Source of the DNA: Paraspadella gotoi
Lineage: Eukaryota > Animalia > Chaetognatha
Direction of reading: 5' to 3'
Length of the DNA stretch: 64,000 nucleotides
NCBI GenBank assembly: GCA_051294375.1
Contig: CM119270.1
Span: 16,490,710-16,554,709, forward strand
The notes under the pieces are model-generated. The model had not been told where the DNA came from. It searched no databases and saw only the letters and a program-made list of their open reading frames with translations. Below are positions 1 through 14,070 of the stretch, piece by piece (within the stretch, counting starts at the first letter, position 1; each line of letters begins with the position of its first letter). Made by a program: the position numbers and the translations under genes.

Positions 1-3000
1 TTGCAATCATCCAGGTGATTTGTGACATTCTAACTCATTATGGATACAGGTAAGTGTGACATGTTATCACTTATTGGTCATCAGGTGAGTTGAGCCATGC
101 TAACGACTTTATTGGATCATTCCAGTGATTGATGACGCAGCATCATGAATAACAGGTGATTAAGACATGTTCTATCTCTTATGGCCATCTATAGTAGTTG
201 GTGACATTTTAACTATTGTCAATACCGGAGTATGATGACATCACCACATATAGATACGTGCGTTGTGGAAGAACTGACTCTTTGAAACATCAGGTGATGA
301 TTAATTCAACTCCAATACCAAAACTATACCATGAAAAGAGGACTCGCTACAGGTAAATAGTGAAAATTTTTAAATTTCACTCGTGCATTAGGTCAGATAC
401 GAACGTAGAACTTGACATGAAGACGAATATACAATCACCCAAGCTCGAAATAAAAGATGCCAAAGATTAATTCAAATCATACTATATTGTGTGAATTCGC
501 AAAAACTTCAAAGGGTCTTTGCATGTTCTCCTAATAATATACCGCTGGCCTTTTTAAAGGTCCATGTATCGCCTGTCGGCGGCGGAAGCGGTGGTGGCGT
601 CGACGGGGCAGCAAGATACTCAGTCCGCCGGGTGGGAGGAGTTGTGGTGATTGACGATGAGACGACGAATGAGACGATGTATAATGATGATGAGAAGAGC
701 GACATGACGAGATGAAGACGAATTCATGATGACGATGAACAGCGACGTTGATGAGACGAATAAGTATACATAATAATGAGAGAGCAAGCGACTGATATGA
801 TCGAGATGAGAATGTTAAGACGATGATGACAGCGTATTAGACGATGAAACATGGAATATGACGATGGACAGCGACTGATGAGACGATAGCACGATGATAG
901 CGGAGTACATGAGAAACAACAATTGAACTGAAAAGAACGTATCCAGACGTTAAAATGTACAATGACATGACAATAATCGCGATATCAGAAATGAGAGAAA
1001 ACAGAACCACCCCTCCCACTTAACGTCCATGTATACAAAACCTTCTTCTTCAAATCGACCTCCTCTGGTACAGCGCTGCGGCCGCACAAGGCATGGGTCT
1101 GCGGTGCGGTGCGGCGCATGGCGCCAGGCGCTCGGCCCAGATTCACGGACGTTCCAGCCTTTTCCTACGTGCGAGTGAGTTTTGGGCTGTTCGGCTGGTC
1201 AGTGTTGATTATTTCATTTTGCATTGCATGAAAACGTAAAATAAAAGAAATATTTTCGAATAAACTAATAAAGTTATTTCCGAGCAAGAAATTAATGTGA
1301 TAACATTTAAGAATTGACTGAGTTATCAAATATGCATGAAAGCTTGCAGAATAAGCGAAGATAAAAGTTATAATCTGTTCTGACTTGTTTAGTACAATAA
1401 CTGCCCAAACAATTATAGGTGGGTACGGAAGGCTGCCATGATAGTGATGCTATAAGATCTAAGAAAGTATTCAGGTAGTAGGACAGTTTGCTAACATATA
1501 AATTCTGTTTATAATTTGTAGGGAGTAATAAAATCGTAATAAAATGATAGGCTAAAAATTTGATATAAAAACAAAAAACATACATACAGAAAAAAAAATG
1601 ATTTTAATTTCAAAAATTATGTCTACATTTCCTATAAAGAATTTTATGAAAAAACTTTATGACAACGAGTTTTTGACAGAATAGTCGACTCTTTCGACTT
1701 CAACGTTTTTGCTTTCAACAATTTCATTTTTAAAATTGAGTTGAGAGAGTGAGAGAGAGGAGAGAGAGAAAGAAGAGAGAGAGAGAGCGAGAGGAGAAGA
1801 AGAGCGAGAGCTTCCAAAAAAGAGGGAGAGAACAGTGGTATTTGAGATCAGGTAGGTAAGGCAAGTTAATTATGAAGGTGATAAGAGGAGAGAAATAGAA
1901 GAGAGCGAAAAAATATAATATGGAAAACGTATTTGAAAATTTTCATATCTGAGTACAAAGATTAAATAATAACAAATTAATATAAAACTAGTAAGAATAA
2001 AGTAATATCACTAGTTATAATTAAGAATGAAATATACAAAAAATTAAATTATAGTTAGAACACCGAATGATTGAACATTTTCGTTAAATCCAAGATATTA
2101 TCTTCTTTCCTGATCTTGTTTTTTGATATTTCAATGTTTTTCGATAAACCTTTCGGGCGCATAAGTGGAAAAAAAAAATGTTTTCTCAAAATTAGGTGAA
2201 GAAATCATTTCTACCAACATATCATAAAATAAATGGATTTTTTTTTTCTTGCGATATCCCATTTCTCCCTCTCGTCATTTCTCTCCTTTTCTCATCTATC
2301 GCCCTATCATTGCGCGGCATAGTGGGCGATCGCACAACTTGTCTCCGCTTGGTCTGCTCTCCTCGACTTATTTTTGTTCTTTGATCTTCCTTCCTTCTCT
2401 TTATCACTCTCTCTTCCTCTCACTCCTGTCCCACTCTGTGTTCGTACGAAAGCAAACGGGTTGGTTTCATCCAAGATACACGGAATACTCCACAAGACTC
2501 TAACCCAGGACCACAAACGTTCTACCCCACCCGTCTCGACCCAATTTTTTCCAGTGTTCTCGCTGATAATTCGACGGTCGATTTCGATGAAGAAACTGGA
2601 GAGATGGGGAGGAGGGGGAACTAAGGAGTAGGGAGAAGCGAGCGGGAATACGAAAAAAGATGGAGGAAAAGAAGCGGATGACAACCAGGCAGAAGACATA
2701 AAAACCGACGGACGGAACATCAAACGATGAGGATACGAACGCGATGGTCGGATGCGATAATAATATTTGGGGAGGTTAATTTCAATTTTTTTAACTTGTT
2801 CGTTTTTTTTTTTTTTTTGTCTTCTTGAGCTTTCCTGTTTTTTTTTTTCTCACTCGAGTGACAAACAAATCGATTCAAATCTTACGTAATTGAAAACTTC
2901 GCGAAATCCACTTCCTCCACCCTTTCCCACCTTATCCATCCAACACATCATCCACCCGGCGCGCCGATTTCCCGGGCCTTTTTTCCGGCCAACGACGAGG

Positions 3001-6000
3001 CGACATAAAACGCGAACGCGTATTGGCTGAACGCGCGGATGTTTACTGCCGATATGGCTGAAAATTCGAAGATTCGAGAACGACCGGATTTAAGAGACAA
3101 TCGAGGCGGAGGCGGGAAAGGAGAAGGGGGGAAAGAAGAGAGAAGACGAGGCGAACGATCGACGACGAACGAGGACGAATGGTATGCAATCGAAGTGTGG
3201 TCGAATAAAAGGTTTCGGGCCTTTTGGCAGCAACAGGTGAGGAGTGAAAACCTCTTCCGGATCGGAAGGCTTTAATTTTCGGTCGGCGTAGATAATGGCG
3301 AGAGATCGACCACGTAAGGACGACGACGACGACGAAGACTGACAGAAGACGAACGACGAGCACTACAAGAACGACGCATGGAACAGAAACTACAAGATAG
3401 ACGACTAATGAGTAGAGATGAGATAAGATGTCATCATGCTGGCAATGTCAGACGGGAACAGATATTTAATTAAATGAATAGATTATTTTCTATGTGTGTA
3501 ACAATTTCATAAGAGTAAAGTAACTTATTTCGATTCTCAGATAGGTTATTTAGTTGGATAATGGATAATGTTATATTGGTTGTAACCAAATTCATGATTT
3601 CTAATGTTAATGAATTCTATATTTTTCTTCACTTTTCTTTATTTTTCTTTCTTTCTTTCAGACTATATTTCTTTTTCACTTTTTTTTCCCTTTCTTTTCC
3701 GCCTTATCTTTTTGCTCTTTTCCTCTTTCCCTCGCTTTCTCTCATTTTAACGGTGTGTAGTTTCTCCCTAAGATCCTTATTTTTTTCTTTCTGGACTGAA
3801 ATTCGGGGCGTTCTGTGTTTTTTGTGGAGCGCGAGCTTGCGGAAAAATTTAAAAAAAAAAGAGATGGAAAGGAGAAGAGAAGTTAAACGTGCTTAAGTTA
3901 ATAATAAAAGCTTTGAAAACATATTTAAAAGATGTGGACGAAGGTTTTGTCACAGGTCCTCAAAAGTTACAACAACAACTACACCATAGTCAACGACAAC
4001 GATTTCGGTTTCAAACCCCGACCATCCTTCCGTCGCCGAGCCCACGCATCGGAGTCGATCGAGCTTTCCGTCTCTCACGACCGCGAGAATTTCGGCGCCG
4101 TGTCGGCGAAGACGTTCTCAGTCCTCATCGGGCTCGCGTCTCTCGCGCGCCGTTTTGAATCGCGGCGTCAGGTTCTGCTGATCCTACTCCGCGTGCGCGG
4201 TTGGGCTCCCGCCCACCCCACCCCCAGCCCCCTCCATCCTCATTCCCCGTCTCCTCCGCCCTTGTTGTCTTGTGGGGTGCGACACCCTGCTTACCTTTCG
4301 CCCGCCGCGGGTGGTCGGGCGTCGTGCGTCGTCGTCTCCCGTCCGCTTTTGGTCTACTCGCGTTGCGCCCCCCGCTTTAATGGGGGCTTGATGCTTCCAT
4401 CGTCGGGGCGACGGGGCGGAAAACGCCGGATGGCAGGGGAAAAGTCGAATGACGCAATTAATTAAAGACGATGAATAGTTCCCAGGGCAAAAAACGGTGA
4501 AAAAAAAAAAAAAAAAACACACCAGTAAAAAATAAATAAAAAAAGCAAAAGTTTAGTACATACAGGGTGATTTAATCAAAGGCCTTGATTCCTGTGATCG
4601 GCTGCATTTTAAAATTCCATTATGCATACTTCTCACCTTTTCTGATTCCTCTTTTCATATTCTTACTCTACATCCATCCTCTTTCAGGCGACCTAATAAA
4701 AGGAAGAGCGGCGGAGAAGTTGGAGAGGGGTGGGATAAAGGTAATGTGGCATGCGGCGACGTGGTGACTAGGGGAAAGGCGGGAAAAAACCCAAAAAAAG
4801 CAATCAGGTCGGGGATTAATATCATGATGCCAGTGAAAAAACTAAAGAATAATAATAAACACAAAAAAAATCTAAAAAGCAAAAAGACGAAAAGAAAGAT
4901 CGGGTGAAAATGAACGGAAAAGTGATAAGAGAAGGGAAGAAAAGAAAAAGAGAGGAGAGAGATAAGAGAGGAGAAAGAAAAGAACAGAAGAGGAGAGAAA
5001 AGTAAGAAAGAAAAGATTAAGGAAGAGGAATGAAAGAGAAACAAAAATTAAAACAACAAACAATAGATAAAAAACAAGAAAAACAAAAGAACAAAAAACT
5101 TAACGATCAACAAGCATAATTGAAGATCACGGTATTGGATGGCGGGACCGCGTGCACCCGGCTCGGAATAATTCTGATTAGGGGGCAAGCAGTAGCGGGG
5201 CAGGAACTCAACCTTAGATGGAGAGAAAAGAGAAGAGAAAAGAGAGAAAGAGAGAGAAGAAGAGAGGAGAAGAGAGGAGAAAAATTAGTGAATAAACTTC
5301 CAGGAAATTATAAATAAAAAAATAATACGAAATTTCTTTATATGAATGCTATTCATTTTTGTTAAAATAAAGAATTGTTGCGACGCATAATTTTTTGAGA
5401 ACCATTTGTTTTTTGTTCAACATTATGGCCCTCGAGGTATCGAAACACATGAATAATAACAAAAAGATTAGAAAAAGCAAGTTCTATACTGCGAATAGAC
5501 GAAAATTGTTCATCATTTCGACTGTACTAAATTTATAGAATTCATAATGTTTTTCATATTCATCTTAATTAACTAACTAGTTGAATTATTTACTATTGTT
5601 AGGATTCTACTAGTTTGAATATTAAAATTTTGCTTTATTACTAATCTTTGTTGTCATTTGCCAAATGTAATAAATGAAATTTCAAATTAACTGTTTCACA
5701 TTATTTTTGCGCTGCTCTCTCATCTCTCTCTCCTTCATTTTTCACCTTTCCAAATTCAACTTGTCTTACCGTTCACCTATCTCAAAATCGAACCACGTTC
5801 TTTCCTCACTCTTTTTTGGAAGCTCTCTTCCTCTCTCCTCTCATCTTCCTCTCCTTCATCTTCTCTCTCCTCCACTCTACCATGTTAAAAAGAAACTTGT
5901 TTGTACAAAGAAACCGATGACCGAAAGAAGCGCAATTTGTCATAAAACTCGTTGTCCATAATGTTTCATAAATCATAAATAGACACATAGCAATATGAAT

Positions 6001-7852
6001 TAAAAATCATTTTCTGTAATGATTGTTTTTGTTTTTTTTAATAATCACAAATATATTTAGGCCTTTATTTATAGATTTTTACTTCCAACTAATAATAAAC
6101 GAAGAAAATTGTAAAGATTAGTTAGCAAAACATGTTCTAGATAAACCGTAGAATAATTTCCTTAGAGTATTTAAAAGAGCATAGCGAACATGGGCCAAGC
6201 GTCCGTACGACCACTCTATAAAAGGTATTGTGCAATGTCATACTCTGTACGAAAACAGTCAGAAATGAATTATAATGAATAATTATCCTCGCCATCATCT
6301 GCAAACTATTCAATGGCAGTACAGTTTATTGATAAATCTCAATAATTCATAAAAGTTTTAAACATTAAAATTTTTTTTCCGGCAAAAAACTTTTAATAGT
6401 TTATCGAGAACATATTCTATTGATTTCGTTCTGCAAATATCAATGATAATAAGTGATACCACTGAACCAGTCGAAACCCAGCCAAAAACTCACTCGCCAC
6501 GTAGGAAAAGGCGTGGCAAAACCGTCCGGCTGAAATCGCGCCCGAGGCGCGTGGCCGCTGAGCTGCGACGCCGCACGGCGTGACCATAGCCACATGTGCG
6601 CCGGTCGCTGCGACGGAAAGTGAGAGGGATGCGAAGTTGAGGGGGGGAGAGAAGGTTTTTGCGTGAAGTGGGTACGGGAGGGGACTGTTCTGGTGCCTTG
6701 TGATCGTCTGTATTGCAGTTGCTCGCTTTCGTCTGGACGTCGTCCTTCAGTTAACAGTGGTATTCATCGTCCTGTTCTGGCGCATACTAGCTGTCCTATC
6801 GTAATTATGAGTCTCAATCGCGTCACAACGTGTGTACAAATCGTCTATGACAACGGCTTCAATCTCGTCATCAAGGTCGGCATCATCTCATTATGATAAT
6901 CATGGCATCAACGTCGCGCAACGTACATGGCATCGGGGGCCTTCATCGCGTTCATGTCGCTCACATCGTCATATTATGAATCGTCAGTCGCATCATCGTG
7001 ATTATCATCACCAACGACTCTCGACCCGGCGACGGAGTCGATGGGGCGTGGCCCCGTGCGAATGCGCGGCACCGCCGCTGCCGCCGCGACGGGAATACAG
7101 ACCTTAAAAAAAAGGCAGCGGGTGATGCATTAAGGAGGAACGAAAATGGGAAAGCGAGACCTTAAGTGATTTTTGGGTGATTAACAAAATAAGTTAAGTA
7201 TACGATAAGATAAATCTCTCTGGGGCAAATTAGTTTTTTCGAGCTTGGGATTTGGAAATATTTTGTAATGTCATGTCAATCGATCCGTCGTTATTGCGCA
7301 AGTCCACCGAGTGAATAAATATTCCAAACTTTACTCAGGTAGGCGAGTACAGAGCAAACTTGTATTGTCAGATATAGTAGGATAATTGGTAAGTTGACAT
7401 GTTTCATGAACTTCACTGGGATGATTCAAAGGAGTCATTGACTTGTCAACCAACTGGATGTATGCTAATAGAGTGAGTTTGACATGCATCAACTCACCTG
7501 CACGATGAACAATAAGTGAGTTTGAGAATGTCATCAACTCACGCTGGAAGAGTGCCAATAAAGTGAATAACATGGCATTAATCACTCGGATGATGTCAAA
7601 CCCGAAATGAATTAGACATGGTCATACAACCACCTGGATGAATCCAATTAAAGTGGCGTTAGACATGGCATCAACCTCACTGATGAATCCAATAAAGTAT
7701 GAGTTAGACATTCGGTCACCAACTCACCTGGATGAATCAAAAGTGAGTTAGACATGCACCAAACTCACCTGGAGATGCCAAAATAAGTGAGTTACCCATG
7801 TCACCTTCACACTACCTGGAAAAATCCAATCGTGCAATTAGAACAATGTCAC
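1..7852. other. Error-rich fold-back (palindromic) copy of the trh 5' region
   Basis: 1-2240 is the reverse complement of ~16660-19500. ~2430-3810 copies 24320-25830. ~3840-4400 is the rc of 26600-27210. ~4500-5200 is the rc of 23660-24870. ~5280-7850 is a forward copy of 16660-19700. Dense indels throughout. Confidence 0.85.
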
Positions 7853-8153
7853 NNNNNNNNNNNNNNNNNNNNNNNNNGATGATGACAGCGACGTTGATGA
7901 CGACGATGAAGACGATGATAGCGGATGGACATGACAACAACAACAATTGTGACAACTGACAAGGACGACGTTCCAGACGTTAAAATCGATGACAATGACA
8001 ATTGACAATAAAGATTCGCGATATCATGACAATGAGGAAAACAAGGATAACCATCCCCCCTCCCCACCCCTTAAACCCCCACCTGTCACCTCACCAAAAA
8101 CCCCCTTCTCTCCCCCCCTCAACTTCGATCCCCTTCCCCTTTTCCTCGGTCAG

Positions 8154-8286
8154 CAGCGACTGCGGCGCACATGCTGGCTATGGGTCACGCCGCTGCGGCG
8201 TCGGGCGGCGTCATGGCGGCCCACGGCGCCTCGGGACCGCACGATTTCAGCCGGACCGGTTGCCACGCCTTTTCCTACGTGGCGGA
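8154..8286 (+). CDS. trh: Putative upstream trh coding exon B
   Basis: Polypyrimidine tract, then tcag|CA GCG ACT GCG GCG CAC ATG CTG...TAC GTG GCG GA|gtgagt = ATAAHMLAMGHAAAASGGVMAAHGASGPHDFSRTGCHAFSYVA. Noisy copies at ~1070-1175 (+), ~6495-6620 (-), 10684-10818 (-) and 18027-18161 (-). Confidence 0.6.
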
Positions 8287-9879
8287 GTGAGTTTTTTGGG
8301 GCTGGTTGACGCTGAGTTCAGTGTTCGAACTTCATTCTCATTTGCATATTGCAGAAAACCGTAAAAACAAAAGAAAATATGTTCTCGGATAAACTTAATT
8401 AAATAAAGTTATCGTTTCCGAGGAAAAAGAAAATTTTAATGTTATAAACATTTTAATAGAATTTTGACTTGAGATTATTAATAAAACTGTGATGTGCCAT
8501 TGAATAGTTATCGGAATGAATGGGCGAGAGATAATATTCAACTTATAATCATTTTTCTGACTTGTTTCGGTACAAGTATGAAACATATGCACAATTACCA
8601 TTTATAGAGNNNNNNNNNNNNNNNNNNNNNNNNNNNNNNNNNNNNNNNNNNNNNNNNNNNNNNNNNNNNNNNNNNNNNNNNNNNNNNNNNNNNNNNNNNN
8701 NNNNNNNNNNNNNNNNNNNNNNNNNNNNNNNTATCTCCGGACAGCTGCCCATGATTCCAGCTGATGTACTTCATAAAGTTCTCGCAGAAATAGTTTTTCT
8801 AGACATTTATTCGAGACAATAGTTTTGTTTAACTAATCTTTTACAATTTTCTTCGTTTTATAGGATTTTTAACTCAACCTGGAAGTAAAAATCTAATAAA
8901 ATATATATTTGGGATTATTAAAAAAACAAAAAAAACAATACAATTACAGAAAAAAAATATTAATTTCAAAAACATTATTGTCTACATCTGTCTATAATTT
9001 ATGAATTTTTATGAAAAAACACTTTTTANNNNNNNNNNNNNNNNNNNNNNNNNNNNNNNNNNNNNNNNNNNNNNNNNNNNNNNNNNNNNNNNNNNNNNNN
9101 NNNNNNNNNNNNNNNNNNNNNNNNNNNNNNNNNNNNNNNNNNNNNNNNNNNNNNNNNNNNNNNNNNNNNNNNNNNNNNNNNNNNNNNNNNNNNNNNNNNN
9201 NNNNNNNNNNNNNNNNNNNNNNNNNNNNNNNNNNNNNNNNNNNNNNNNNNNNNNNNNNNNNNNNNNNNNNNNNNNNNNNNNNNNNNNNNNNNNNNNNNNN
9301 NNNNNNNNNNNNNNNNNNNNNNNNNNNNNNNNNNNNNNNNNNNNNNNNNNNNNNNNNNNNNNNNNNNNNNNNNNNNNNNNNNNNNNNNNNNNNNNNNNNN
9401 NNNNNNNNNNNNNNNNNNNNNNNNNNNNCAAAGATAAAGTAAATAAATAAGCAAACTTAATATTTAAACTAGTAGAACTAACAAAGTAAATAATTTAACT
9501 AGTTAGTTGATTAAGAATGAAATATGAAAAACAATTATGAATTATAATGTAGCCTGAGAGTAAACGAAAATTGTTCAATCATTTTCTACTGATACTAACA
9601 TTATAATTCATAATTGGTTTTTCATATTTCATTCTTAATCAACTAACTAAGTTTAAATTATTTACTTTGTTAGTTCTACTAGTTTTAAATATTAAGTTTG
9701 CTTATTTATTTACTTTATCTTCTGTGTACATTACCAAATGTAATTATATTTTTTTTCTCTCTCTGCTCTATCTCTCCTCTCCTTCATTTTTTCACCTTTC
9801 AAATTCAACCTTGTCCTGAGCTTCACCAGATCTGAAAATCTGACTCTGTCCTTTCCTCACTCTTTTTTGGAAGCTTTTC

Positions 9880-9955
<76 letters not shown>

Positions 9956-11366
9956 ATTCAATGTTAAAACGAGAAACTTGTTGATTAAGCAAAAACGCTG
10001 ATGAAGACTCGAAGAGTCCGTCTAATTTCTGTCAATAAACTCGTTGTTTGTTTAAAAAAGTGTTTTTTTCATAAAAAATTCATAAATTATAGACAGATGT
10101 AGACAATAATGTTTTTGAAATTAATATTTTTTTTCTGTAATTGTATTGTTTTTTTTTTTGTTTTTTTTAATAATCCCAATATAATTTTATTAGATTTTTA
10201 CTTCCAGGTTGAGTTAAAATCCTATAAACGAAGAAAAATTGTAAAAGATTAGTTAAACAAAACTATTGTCTCGAATAAATGTCTAAGAAAAACTATTTCT
10301 GCGAGAACTTTATGAAGTACATCAGCTGGAATCATGGCAGCTGTCCGGAGATACGACCCACTCTATAAATGGTATTTGTGCATATGTTTCATACTTGTAC
10401 CGAAAACAAGTCAGAAAAATGATTATAAGTTGAATATTATCTCTCGCCATTCATTCCGATAACTATTCAATGGCACATCACAGTTTTATTAATAATCTCA
10501 AGTCAAAATTCTATTAAAATGTTTATAACATTAAAATTTTCTTTTTCTCGGAAACGATAACTTTATTTAATTAAGTTTATCCGAGAACATATTTTCTTTT
10601 GTTTTTTACGGTTTTCTGCAATATGCAAATGAGAATGAAGTTCGAACACTGAACATCAGCGTCACCAGCCCCAAAAAACTCACTCCGCCACGTAGGGAAA
10701 AGCGTGGCAACCGGTCCGGCTGAAATCGTGCGGTCCGAGGCGCCGTGGGCCGCCAGACGCGCCCGACCGCCGCAGCGGCCGTTGACCCATAGCCAGCATG
10801 TGCGCCGCAGTCGTCTTGCTGACGAGGAAAAGGGGAAGGGATCGAAGGTTAGGCGGGAGAGAGTGAAGGGGGTTTTTCTTGATTGACAGGTGGGGGTTTA
10901 AGGGGTGGGCGAGGGGGGATGGTATCCTTGTTCCTCATTGTCATGATATCGCCGAATCTTTATTTCAATTTGTCATTCGTCATCGGATTTTAACCGTCTG
11001 GAACGTCGTCCTGTGTCAGTTTCACAATGTTGTTGTTGTCATGTCATCGCTATCATTTCTCTTTCATCGTCGTCGTATCAACGTCGCTAGTCATCATCGT
11101 CATTATGACATCGTCTTTCATCGTCGTCAATCAACGTCCGCTGGTCATCATCGTCATTATTGACATCTGTCTCATCGTCGTCATCAAGGTCCCGCTGTCA
11201 ATCATTCGTCATTATGATGTCAACTTCGATCTCGTCAATCAACGTCGCTTCATCATCGTCTCATTGACATCGTCTTCATCGTCGTCATCATCTCGCTCTC
11301 ATCATCGTCATCATTTGCCATCGTCTTCATCGTCTTCTGATCCATTCGGTTCGACTATCACTTCAC

Positions 11367-11477
11367 CAAACTCTCCCGACCCGAGGCCGGCCGACCGGAT
11401 GATGGTGGGCGTGGCCGCGGTGGCCGGAATGCGGGGGCTACCGCGCTGCCGCCGCCGACGGCGCAATACGATGGACC
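11367..11477 (-). CDS. trh: Putative first coding exon A of trh (inverted copy; also 18710-18820, noisy plus copy ~560-647)
   Basis: On the minus strand a T-rich acceptor (ttttttttaaaag) precedes a GC-rich segment ending GAG TTT G|gtgaag. A by-eye consensus of the copies gives roughly MY(S/P)[26 protein letters not shown]. The phase-1 end fits exon B; individual copies are frameshifted by errors. Confidence 0.4.
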
Positions 11478-11839
11478 CTTTTAAAAAAAAAGGGCAGCGG
11501 TTGATTAATTTATAAGGACGGAAACCGACAAATGGTAAAAGCGACGGACCCTTTTTAAGTGATTTTTTCTTGGGTGAATATCCACAAAAATAAGTTAAAA
11601 GTATCGATTTAAGAATTAAATCTCTACTGGGCAAGTTATGTTTATTTTCGATGCTTGGTGAGTTGGAAATATTTGTCATGTTCTAGATCAAGTTACGATA
11701 CGGTTTCTTATGCCGCCTAAGGTTTAGCCAAGGAGTGAATTTAAAAATATTTTCCAACTTTTACCTAGAGGATAGGGCGATTACAGCAATTACTTGTATT
11801 TGTCAATGATATTAGTTTTAGGATAATTGAGTTAAGTTT

Positions 11840-12363
11840 GACATGTTCATCAACTTCACCTGGCATGATTCCAAAAGAGTCGGTTTGGACTCTGGTCACC
11901 AACTCACCTGGATGATGCTAATAGAGTGAGTTTGACATTGTCATCAACTCACCCTGGATGATGACAATATAGTAGTTTGAAATTGGTCATCAACTCACCT
12001 GGATGATGCCAACTAAAGTGAATTAGACTATGGTCATTAAACTCACCTGGTATTGATGTCAAAGAAATATGAGTTAGACATGGTCCATCAACTCACCTGG
12101 ATGAATCCAATAAAGTGAGTTAGACAATGGGTCATCAACTCACCTATAGAATCCAAATAACAGTGAGTTAGACATCGGTCACCAACTCACCTGGATGATG
12201 CCAATCAAGTGAGTTAGACAATGGTCCACCAATCTCACTGGGATGATGCCAATAAAATTGAGTTAGACATGGTCACCAACTCACCTGGATGAATCCAATT
12301 AAAGTGAGTTAGACATGGTCACCCAACCTCACCTGGATGATGCCAATAAAGTAGTTAGACATG
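11840..12363. repeat. ~45-bp tandem minisatellite, ~11-12 units (copies 19183-19706, ~7390-7850, rc 1-310)
   Basis: Unit CCAACTCACCTGGATGATGCCAATAAAGTGAGTTAGACATGGTCA. Confidence 0.9.
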
Positions 12364-13888
12364 TGTTGGTCATCTCAACCGCGAAGTTCGTGTACGAACT
12401 TTCGTTAACGACTGATGAAATCAGCTGAACCGAAGGCTTCAAGTTTCGCTCTTTCGATATTTTTCTTCAATATTATCGTTATTTCTTTCTGTTTTTTTTT
12501 TCTTTTTGGGTTTCCGTATCTGAGTTCGATTTTTCTCCGCGTATTTCCGCTAGTTTTACGAAATATTTTCTGAGTCCGGGACCCCAAATTACTGCAGTTC
12601 GTTCTCGATTTCTTTTTTCGGATCTTTGTTACCCTTCGCCAACAAAACGGTTGTCTTTTGTTGTATTTATTTTTCTTCCTTTCTTTTTTTACTTTTTAGT
12701 TACTATACCTATATTTTTGTTTAGTTTTTTTTCGTCAGTAGGACGTCGGGGCCTAGTCCGAACGGAAGAACCGAGTCACGTGCATAGAATTGTTACGTTC
12801 GCTAGAATAGACCAACTACAACGACACAAAAAAGTATTTTTTCTCGTTTCTTTTTTTATGTTATTAATTAATCAAATGCGACGGACTGAGCGCTTCGATC
12901 TTTTCTGACTCTTTCCTTCCTCCTTTCCTTCTCCTTTTCTCCGAATTCCGCTCGCGCTAGGCGTCCCAACCGGTTCAATCCGATCCGCCCTCATTCCGGT
13001 CCCAATGATGCCGAAAATTTTCCCGGAAATCCATGACGGAAATGAGTGATTCGTGGAGACGTTGGCGAAGGGTGGACGTTGGCCCAGCGACAAGATTGCT
13101 GCAAAATGCTTTATACTCCTTTATTTGCGCAGGAAAAAATGCTGCGATCTCAAAACACGATTGATGAGGAAGGTCGAAGTCTTTCGTTGCAAATTTGAAG
13201 CAATCGAGGAGGGAGAAAATTGCCTAAAGAACTCGAGTGAGAAGCTTTAATATTTGCCGGTGCAAGATTGTTTGTTGTGGCAAGTTGCGGCGAAAAGTTT
13301 CACAGGAATTCCCAATGAACGCTTTACATTTTGTCGTGGCAAGCAACCTGAAGAGAAAGAAGAGTGATTACTGCATTTAGTATGCTTTTAATGTGTTATA
13401 TGCTTTTTTTAAAAGACTAATTAAAATAAGAATCGCAGAATTTTAAAACATGGCAGAGATTTTGTCTATTCGCTACTGTTGGCAGTCTGTCAGTTTTTGA
13501 AAGATCATCTCGTTATCAATTCGGCGGAGGGAGTATAGCGTCGTCGTCGTAGTCTTCCGTCGTCGTCTCCATGTCGTTCGCTCGTCGTCGTCGTCGACGT
13601 CATTTCATTTCGTCCACCGAGAAATAATTAATGAGGCGCCGCTGAAGGAGACGCAGAGACGGCGACTCGCGTCCGCCGCAAAAAAAGGACGCCGCCAAAC
13701 GAGCGCCATTCGCATTACAAACCGCAGGACGTCAACCGCTGGCGGCCAGCGGCGGCGGCGAACAGCGATAAAAAGGCGGCGTCGTCCCTACGCGTCGTTG
13801 GAATGACGATTATTCGCGTTCAAGCCATGACATGAAAGACGGCGTCATTTGCTTTGTTTCGTTTCTGTGTCGGCATGATCGGGGTGGG

Positions 13889-14070
13889 TTTTTTTTTGTA
13901 CGCAATGATTTAACGCGGTTTCCTTTTTTTGTTTACGTAATGAATACGCGGTTTCCTTTTTTTGTTACGCAATGATACGCGCTTTCTTTTTATTACGAAA
14001 TGATACCGGTTTTCCTTTTTATTGTTACTCAATGTTACGCGCTTTTCGTTATTTTTTTTTTTGTGGTACG
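13889..14070. repeat. ~30-bp tandem repeat, ~6 units (copy 21232-21413)
   Basis: Unit approximately TTTTTTGTTACGCAATGATACGCGGTTTCC. Confidence 0.75.

Noticed and set aside
9429-9722. Long hairpins at 9429-9722 and 16319-16892 as MITEs or hairpin RNA genes
   Set aside because: They sit exactly where scaffold sequence meets its reverse-oriented fill, and the arms differ mainly by indel noise.
11840-12363. CRISPR-like array (also 50026-50520)
   Set aside because: Units are head-to-tail without unique spacers, there are no cas genes, and the context is eukaryotic.
12412-12445. Additional CTGATGA hammerhead candidates (also 45799-45830)
   Set aside because: No stem II followed by GAAA, and no family tail.
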